64,000 bases of DNA, taken from a virus (taxonomy: Duplodnaviria; Heunggongvirae; Uroviricota; Caudoviricetes). The stretch lies in the IMG/VR virus record IMGVR_UViG_2671180724_000008; one strand, given 5' to 3'. The position numbers and the translations under genes were made by a program. Below, one piece after another: positions 58,155-64,000 of the stretch (positions are counted from its first letter, which is position 1; the number at the start of each line of letters is the position of its first letter). The notes under the pieces are model-generated. The model made no database searches, had not been told where the DNA came from, and saw nothing but the letters and a program-made list of their open reading frames with translations.

Positions 58155-58627
58155 AGATGATAGCTGCTGTTGGCCGTAATTATGAGATCGGTAGAGCGAA
58201 CGAACTGCCCTGGCGTTGCTCTACCGATCTGAAGCTATTTAAGAGACTCACCAAAAACGCCACTGTCGTTATGGGACGTAAAACGATGGAAAGTCTCAAA
58301 CGCCCTCTTCCAGAGCGTCATAATCTCGTTTTGACGCGCTCTCATGGCTTTGTACCAAATGGATTCTACCCTGCTGGTGTGGATGATGTGTTGCGATTAC
58401 CAGAGCCTGTGTGGGTGATTGGCGGGGAACAAATTTACTCGCTATTCATGCCGCATGTTGAAGAGATTTGGCTCTCCCACATCGGCGTTGATGTACCAAA
58501 CGCTGATGCATTCTTCCCGGCAAGCATGATGCGTAACTTAGGCTTTGTGCCTGTTGAAACAGCTTATACCCAACGAGCCAGCGAGGAAGAGCCTGGCTTT
58601 TCGCAGATCGTATACAGAAGGTCGTAA
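58151..58627 (+). CDS. folA: dihydrofolate reductase
   Basis: 158-aa ORF with N-terminal MIAAVGRNYEIGRANELPW and VVMGRKT motifs typical of DHFR; translationally coupled to the upstream gene. Confidence 0.8.
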   Translation: MKMIAAVGRNYEIGRANELPWRCSTDLKLFKRLTKNATVVMGRKTMESLKRPLPERHNLVLTRSHGFVPNGFYPAGVDDVLRLPEPVWVIGGEQIYSLFMPHVEEIWLSHIGVDVPNADAFFPASMMRNLGFVPVETAYTQRASEEEPGFSQIVYRRS

Positions 58628-59271
58628 TGGATTACCGGATTGGGATCACTGGTGCTCAGGGCAGTGGGAAAACAACCCTGGCTAAATATATCGACAAACA
58701 TTACGGAATCCCTTACGTGGATGCTGGTGTCGGAAGTTTGATGAGCCGCCTCGGTGTTCGAGTAGGTGAGTCTATGCCTCTATATGAGCGGCTTCAGATT
58801 CAAATGGAAATAGCAAAGCATATAGAGCTACTTACGCGTGGTGTTGAAGGCTTTGTTATCGATCGTACACCTGCTGATGTTATGGCCTACACGTTGGATT
58901 TGGTCGGCCATACAAATGAAGAGCGGTGTATTGAGTTAGCCCTCGATATCGAAAAGTTTTGCCACAAAACTGCCATTTCAAACTTTAACGCCATTGCTGG
59001 CTTACGCCCGGGAGTCGCTCTCTCAGAGCGAGATTACTTGCGATCACAACGAGCATCATTAGACCGTCTGTATGTTGCTCGTATTGATGCGTTGATGTGC
59101 GGGGAACTGACAAAAATTCACCTGCATCCGCAAAGGGGAGATCTGCAAACCTTCGTCGTTTCCAACCGATATCGCACGGTTGAAGCAAGAGCCAGATCAG
59201 TGATGAGAATGCTAGATAACGCTGTAGAAAAGATAGAAAACCGGTTCTGTGGCCGAGTGACCGTTCATTAG
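58627..59271 (+). CDS. P-loop nucleotide/nucleoside kinase (putative dNMP kinase)
   Basis: 214-aa ORF with Walker A GITGAQGSGKTT at the N-terminus; sits in the nucleotide-metabolism cluster. Confidence 0.45.
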   Translation: MDYRIGITGAQGSGKTTLAKYIDKHYGIPYVDAGVGSLMSRLGVRVGESMPLYERLQIQMEIAKHIELLTRGVEGFVIDRTPADVMAYTLDLVGHTNEERCIELALDIEKFCHKTAISNFNAIAGLRPGVALSERDYLRSQRASLDRLYVARIDALMCGELTKIHLHPQRGDLQTFVVSNRYRTVEARARSVMRMLDNAVEKIENRFCGRVTVH

Positions 59272-59332
59272 AAATTGTTCGCCTCTTCTACATTGCGACA
59301 ATAAAACTCTCAAAATGGGTTAAGGATAAAAA

Positions 59333-59752
59333 ATGTTTAGTGAAATGTTGCTTGAAGATGAACTGGATCGGAAAACAACAGAGGCTTTGATTCGTGTGGC
59401 GGACGAACATTCTCGGTCGTTTATGAGCGATCGAGAGGCTCGTCTGGCTATTCGTGCCATATTCGAAACTGCGCAAGGGCTTGTTGGCGCACAAGTAGGT
59501 GAAGCCATTAACATCGCCATGTCTCAGTTCAGTGAAGGCAGTAAAAAGCCTCTGTTTCCTATGCATTTGATGCTGGCTGGTGGCACGGTGCTTTATATCT
59601 CTGTTTGTCTGGATAGCAACCAAATCAATATTCTCAACACTGCGTCAGGTAAGTGGAAAGATCCGATTGTCTGTGAAACCAGTGAAGAAACTTTGAAAAA
59701 AGCGGCTCAATTTGTACGTAGCGCACTACTTAAGGGCGCTAAGAAGTTGTAA
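59333..59752 (+). CDS. hypothetical protein
   Basis: 139-aa ORF with RBS aaggat upstream. Confidence 0.4.
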   Translation: MFSEMLLEDELDRKTTEALIRVADEHSRSFMSDREARLAIRAIFETAQGLVGAQVGEAINIAMSQFSEGSKKPLFPMHLMLAGGTVLYISVCLDSNQINILNTASGKWKDPIVCETSEETLKKAAQFVRSALLKGAKKL

Positions 59753-59761
59753 GGAGTTCTG

Positions 59762-60319
59762 ATGACAACGATTGTTGCAGGCATCGATATCGAGTCTACG
59801 GGACTGGATTTCCTTGCTGGTCATAAAATTATTGAAATCGCAATTACCCGCTATGAACTGGAGACACAGAGACATATTGATAGTCTGGAGATGCGTTTTA
59901 ACCCTCGCAGAAACATAGATCCGAAAGCTCAAGCCGTTCATGGCATTTCATTGGAACAGCTCGCAGCTGAACCTTTGTTGTCAAATCATGCCAGCGAAAT
60001 TGGCGCTTATATGGGGGCATGTAGTGCGTGGATTGCTCATAACGGCGAAGCGTTTGATATACCATTTATTCGGCACGAGTTTTCAGGGTATGGAGTAAGA
60101 CTGCCAGACGTTCCTGTTATAGATACTATGTTATCGGGATTGTGGGCCACAGAAGACGGTAAACGCCCCCGCCTTGAAGAGTTGGCCTTCTCTCTTGGCT
60201 TTATATACGATCATGCCAAAGCACATAGTGCCTTATATGACACAAACTTAATGATGCAATGCTTCTTTAAGGCACGTAATAAGTACGGATTTTTTAAATT
60301 ACCCTCTGAAATTGTGTAA
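59762..60319 (+). CDS. DnaQ-like 3'-5' exonuclease (DEDDh family)
   Basis: 185-aa ORF with Exo I GIDIESTGL, Exo II AHNGEAFDIPF and Exo III H..LYDT motifs. Confidence 0.7.
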   Translation: MTTIVAGIDIESTGLDFLAGHKIIEIAITRYELETQRHIDSLEMRFNPRRNIDPKAQAVHGISLEQLAAEPLLSNHASEIGAYMGACSAWIAHNGEAFDIPFIRHEFSGYGVRLPDVPVIDTMLSGLWATEDGKRPRLEELAFSLGFIYDHAKAHSALYDTNLMMQCFFKARNKYGFFKLPSEIV

Positions 60320-60323
60320 AACA

Positions 60324-60361
60324 AAAGCCTACTTTAAAAAGTTTAAAGTAGGCTTTCTTTT
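60324..60361 (+). terminator. rho-independent terminator
   Basis: 15-bp perfect inverted repeat aaagcctactttaaa / tttaaagtaggcttt with a 3-nt loop, followed by ctttt. Confidence 0.75.
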
Positions 60362-60477
60362 AAAGAACAGTCGCCTTTCAATCATTTCCTGCCTGTATTT
60401 AATACTTTTCCGCCTGATAGGTTTAGTCAAAATGTAGCCATCGAAACGCAAATGTAACCAAACAGAAGGAGACTTAC

Positions 60478-61287
60478 ATGAGTTCGGTTGAAAATGTAAT
60501 GACAAATGATGATCTGGACGAGCTGACAGCCATGTTGCAATCACTTGATGAACCAGTAAAAAAAGCTGCACAGGTTGAAAATACTGATGATATTGACGAT
60601 CTGCTGCTCGGCCTCGATGCTGGCGTAGCCATGAGTTCTGATGATGTTGCCGAAGAACTGTTCAATGAAGAAAAAGCAGGTGATTTCAGCTCTGCTTTAA
60701 ATGAGTTGGAGTTAGCGCATGAGCCTATAAACGTAATTAACGCTGAAAGTGGTGAAGCTGCCGAAAATGAGCCAGAACAGTTGGGGATCATTGAGGTTGA
60801 AGAGTGTGTTGAGGTTAATGATGAATTAAAAGTTCAACAGTCAAATGATAGCAATACAAATAAAAAAACTCGTGCTGCAAGAGGTCCTCGTTTTACTTTA
60901 AGTGATAAAGATGATTCGTTTTTCAATAAAGCAGGCTTAGAAAAAGATATTTTCTTAGACGCTTACGAAAACGCGCCTGTCAAAGCGAAGGATAAGATAT
61001 TAAACCTTCTTAATTGGTTTAGCGGAGGTCCAGATATTAGTGTTTACACGGTAATTTCCATGAGACACCTTCTTACAGAAAAGAAGGCTACAAGTAATAG
61101 TATTAAGATTGCTTTAATGAGCAATCCAGAAAAACCGTATCCGCTTAACACTGCGTCAACTCAGGCTGGGCAAATGATGGCTGTATTTCCAGCTACAGGA
61201 ATTGCCGTTAGAGACGGTGGAAATCTAACATTGAACGAAGAATCACCGATCGTTAAGAAGTTTGTCGCGGAGTACACTATTGGATGA
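60478..61287 (+). CDS. acidic hypothetical protein
   Basis: 269-aa ORF with RBS aaggag upstream; Asp/Glu-rich N-terminal half. Confidence 0.4.
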   Translation: MSSVENVMTNDDLDELTAMLQSLDEPVKKAAQVENTDDIDDLLLGLDAGVAMSSDDVAEELFNEEKAGDFSSALNELELAHEPINVINAESGEAAENEPEQLGIIEVEECVEVNDELKVQQSNDSNTNKKTRAARGPRFTLSDKDDSFFNKAGLEKDIFLDAYENAPVKAKDKILNLLNWFSGGPDISVYTVISMRHLLTEKKATSNSIKIALMSNPEKPYPLNTASTQAGQMMAVFPATGIAVRDGGNLTLNEESPIVKKFVAEYTIG

Positions 61288-61364
61288 CGTTCCCCTACTG
61301 AAAATAAAGCCCATAGAGAGCTTTATAGTGCTGGGTAAGCTAATCACATACCCAGCACCATAAA

Positions 61365-61410
61365 AACGCGCCAGAGAGCTTCTTGTTCGCATTTCTGGCG
61401 CGTTTTATTT
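61365..61410 (+). terminator. rho-independent terminator
   Basis: aacgcgccaga / tctggcgcgtt 11-bp stem followed by ttatttgatt; a second hairpin gtgctgggt / acccagcac lies just upstream. Confidence 0.7.
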
Positions 61411-61470
61411 GATTGCCATACATAAAATCAAATGCAAAAATAGGTAATCACTTACCTATCGAGAAAGAAG

Positions 61471-62064
61471 ATGATTGCAGCCGAAAAAATCAAACAGCGA
61501 AAGCGCGACAACTCTCTTCGTGACCTCTGGAGAACACCTGATTGGCTGTTTTCTGCCATTCAACGTTATCTTGGAGTGACATTTGATGTTGACGTTGCCT
61601 GCAACAAGGACAATGCAAAGCTGCCTAATTTCATAGGCATTGAGCGTGATGCTTTGAAATCTGAATGGGGACAGCCAGGTACAATTGCCTTCCTCAATCC
61701 ACCCTACTCCAAAATCTCCCCCTGGATTGATGCGGCTATACGTGAGCAGGCTCGCGGAGTTACAACAGTGATGCTAATTCCTCAATCCCTCGATACAAAG
61801 TGGTATGAGCGTGCAACAGAGTATGCGAATGAGACGATTATTCTGTCTGGTGGCCGCGTAGCGTTTGTCGAGCCTGACGTCAATTTGGGTCAGGTAGAAG
61901 TAAACATCAACCCCGGTGGCAGTATGCTCGTTGTTTTTCGAGGATTCTGTCAGGACGCTGGGCACTCTATAAGCAAGATCCCTTTGGACGTCATGAAAAG
62001 TCTGGGAGGGTATGATCCTGCGAATGTGGTCAGGAAAAAAAGACCATCAAAGAAGGCTGCTTAG
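61471..62064 (+). CDS. phage-type DNA N6-adenine methyltransferase (Dam-like)
   Basis: 197-aa ORF with catalytic NPPY motif (AFLNPPYS); small size is typical of the phage Dam family. Confidence 0.6.
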   Translation: MIAAEKIKQRKRDNSLRDLWRTPDWLFSAIQRYLGVTFDVDVACNKDNAKLPNFIGIERDALKSEWGQPGTIAFLNPPYSKISPWIDAAIREQARGVTTVMLIPQSLDTKWYERATEYANETIILSGGRVAFVEPDVNLGQVEVNINPGGSMLVVFRGFCQDAGHSISKIPLDVMKSLGGYDPANVVRKKRPSKKAA

Positions 62065-62087
62065 TTTGTTCTGGCGAGTGTAATTAA

Positions 62088-62148
62088 CCTGCTTCTGTAA
62101 ATAAATAACTACATATTAATTATTAATATACGGAAGCAGGCTGTTTTG
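62088..62148. repeat. conserved hairpin element, copy B (cctgcttc / gaagcagg stem around an AT-rich loop)
   Basis: Same 8-bp stem and similar AT-rich loop (gtaaataaataa...) as copy A at 15393..15455, followed by ctgttttg. Confidence 0.5.
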
Positions 62149-62249
62149 TATCAGAGACTCCCAGACCTGAACACCACTACAGAATCCACTAGAACCCCTT
62201 CTCAGACGCTTTAAAATCGATTTTATGAACCACTTTAAGGAAAACTAAC

Positions 62250-62480
62250 ATGTCATACCCGACCAATGTTGTTGCGCTCGTAGAGAGCGATTTTCTGGCT
62301 AAGGCTCGTGAAATGATGAAAGATCGCGAGCAGGCTTTCAACTTGTACGAATGGGCAATTAAGTGCTTGCATCTTGGGGAGCATCGCGAACTTGTTGAAC
62401 AGCTTTTAGGTGAGTTGATCAACGAGGTGTTTGCCTTGAATGTTCAACTACATGGTCGAGAAAATAATCAATCGAAATGA
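62250..62480 (+). CDS. hypothetical protein
   Basis: 76-aa ORF with start context aaggaaaactaacATG. Confidence 0.35.
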   Translation: MSYPTNVVALVESDFLAKAREMMKDREQAFNLYEWAIKCLHLGEHRELVEQLLGELINEVFALNVQLHGRENNQSK

Positions 62481-62997
62481 TAGATAAGTACAAACTATTC
62501 ATAAGATGAATTGTAAGTGCTAAGATCTGATAGTTTCCAGTCATAGACTGGAGACTCGACCTGATGGGTGGGGGTAAGCGTCACTGGCGTCAGGTTTAAA
62601 AAAGCTCACTACCAGCGTAGAACCGGTGCCGTTTAGGTGTCGGGGAAGGGGGAACCAAAGTGAGCAGAGACAAGGGTCACTTTATGATTGTCGAGTCTGG
62701 GGTGTTTCGAGAGGTTGAATCCAGTACTCCCCTTCATAAAGTGTGGGAAGATCTCGGTTCTGGGGTGCTGTCATCCATAACTTCCCAAGTCTAAGCTGGC
62801 AGTAGACTTAGACCATAGCTTTTCAGGTTATGAAACGACCAGGTTGGTGAGGAATTTTATACTCACCTCCCTGGGAGAGTATTACCTGAAAAGACAACCT
62901 CTCACTTCGTTCGAGGTGAACTTCACTCACTTCGTTCGTTCAGTTCAGGTTTATAAAAACCTGTACTGGGAAGTAATTTGTTTATTTTAATAATTAT

Positions 62998-63023
62998 TAC
63001 ACGCACGCGTGTGCGCACGCGCG
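62998..63023. repeat. 26-nt perfect alternating purine-pyrimidine tract (Z-DNA-prone)
   Basis: tacacgcacgcgtgtgcgcacgcgcg alternates Pu/Py without interruption and contains the direct repeat cgcacgcg twice. Lies about 40 bp upstream of the RNase H start. Confidence 0.6.
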
Positions 63024-63062
63024 AGGAAAAAAATAGGCGCGGCGCTTGATTCAGGAGTTTAT

Positions 63063-63653
63063 ATGACGTCGAAGACACCAGCCCGGTCGCAAGCAAAAAC
63101 TCGCAAAAAAGACAAAAACAAAAATTCTCCCCGCACCAATCCCACAACGCCTGTCGTAGAGTTCAATCCCCAGCTTAAAACCGTGAAAATCTTCAGTGAT
63201 GGCTCTTGCCTTAAAAATCCGGGTGGCCCGGGCGGTTACGGTATAGTTCTCCAGTATCGTGGTGAGGAACGCGAGTTCTCAGATGGTTTTCATAGCACCA
63301 CCAATAACCGCATGGAGATGATGGGGGCACTTATCGGGCTGGAGCGTTTGAAATATCCATGCAACGTTATTTTGCACTCTGATAGCCAGTATCTGAAAAA
63401 CGGCATGACACAGTGGATGAAATGGTGGAAACGCAATGGATGGATGACTTCTGACAAAAAACCGGTAAAGAATGTTGATCTGTGGAAGCGTCTGGATGAG
63501 GCCGCAAGTCGACATAATGTTCGCTGGAAGTGGGTTAAAGGTCACGCCGGGCATCGTGAAAATGAAATATGTGATCGACTCGCGAAGATCGCAGCTTTTT
63601 CAGCAGCAGATATGCCTCACAAGAAAGATATTGGTTTTGTTTATAACAATTAG
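63063..63653 (+). CDS. rnhA: ribonuclease HI
   Basis: Start at the ATG preceded by caggag. Motifs [28 protein letters not shown] and [14 protein letters not shown] are typical of RNase HI. Has a short basic N-terminal extension. Confidence 0.8.
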   Translation: MTSKTPARSQAKTRKKDKNKNSPRTNPTTPVVEFNPQLKTVKIFSDGSCLKNPGGPGGYGIVLQYRGEEREFSDGFHSTTNNRMEMMGALIGLERLKYPCNVILHSDSQYLKNGMTQWMKWWKRNGWMTSDKKPVKNVDLWKRLDEAASRHNVRWKWVKGHAGHRENEICDRLAKIAAFSAADMPHKKDIGFVYNN

Positions 63654-63801
63654 TAAGTAAGTATTTACCTATTATTTTAAATCATGTATCTTATCGGCGT
63701 CAGGATGACAATGTGTCGGTAAGACACAGTTCCAGGATGGAACGAGAAAGGCGGCTGGCAATCGCCAGCCGCAACTCTTTCTGACACTGGATGGAGTCCA
63801 C

Positions 63802-64000
63802 ATGGCACGTCAAACCTATTTCACTTCTGCAACTAAACGTCCTCGTTCTTTACGTCAAATTTTGGCCGAATTATTTAGCGGTCGTGTTATGTCACGTCTT
63901 GATGAACTAGAGACTACCGTTCGGTTGCTGAATGAACGTTTAGATAATCAAGCGTCAGTTGTTGCGAACGTGGGGGCGATTGTTGCCTCTGGTTCTTCAC
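63802..64000 (+). CDS. hypothetical protein, 3' end outside window
   Basis: ORF opens at ATG 63802 and runs off the window edge; a GC-rich hairpin lies upstream. Confidence 0.3.
   Translation, partial: MARQTYFTSATKRPRSLRQILAELFSGRVMSRLDELETTVRLLNERLDNQASVVANVGAIVASGSS

Noticed and set aside
63009-63062. Upstream extension of RNase H starting at 63009
   Set aside because: The extension would be translated from the alternating purine-pyrimidine tract and lacks an RBS, whereas the ATG at 63063 has a good AGGAG site and the conserved RNase HI sequence begins soon after.

Overview
This window reads as a large contiguous piece of a tailed-phage genome that is also organised as a plasmid (a phage-plasmid), with enterobacterial-type codon usage. 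From memory it resembles P1-style or SSU5/pHCM2-like elements, but that attribution is unverified because no database search was possible. All calls rest on reading the ORF translations and the DNA by eye.

Layout, left to right:
- 1-10.4 kb: lambda-like tail tip genes (K-like partial, I-like, a 1576-aa J-like host-specificity protein, a 1175-aa side tail fiber with 33-aa tandem repeats), then a lower-GC three-gene module ending in a small lipoprotein.
- 10.5-12 kb: lysis cassette (membrane protein, endolysin candidate, overlapping i-/o-spanin pair).
- 13.4-14.5 kb: ParA plus a small ParB/ParG-like partition pair, followed by an antisense GIY-YIG nuclease gene.
- 15.5-22.5 kb: DnaB-like helicase, primase, ATP-dependent ligase and two small duplicated membrane-protein modules.
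- 23.2-24.3 kb: four tRNA genes (Asn, Tyr, Thr, Ser) in structured non-coding DNA.
- 24.4-28 kb: a roughly 1.4 kb low-GC island encoding a 444-aa membrane protein on the minus strand, then glutaredoxin, a tyrosine recombinase and a convergent XRE-type HTH regulator.
- 28.4-44.5 kb: CobT-like VWA protein, CobS-like AAA ATPase, Pol III alpha-type polymerase, gp32-like SSB, 5'-3' exonuclease, RecA-family recombinase, an SPFH/band-7 protein and several hypothetical proteins.
- 44.5-46.4 kb: a P1-like iteron replicon (RepA with 12 iterons on one side and 5 on the other, plus six GATC sites and a DnaA-box-like sequence).
- 47-64 kb: SbcD/SbcC-like nuclease, RuvC-like resolvase, class Ia NrdA/NrdB, MazG-like protein, thymidylate synthase, DHFR, P-loop kinase, DnaQ-like exonuclease, Dam-like methyltransferase and RNase HI.

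Most worth a second look: the low-GC membrane-protein island, the antisense GIY-YIG gene with its repeated hairpin element, the VWA-AAA pair, a palindromic promoter/operator motif recurring at about 19 sites, a conserved 16-nt translation-start motif shared by at least 11 replication/metabolism genes, and several ORF-free structured regions.
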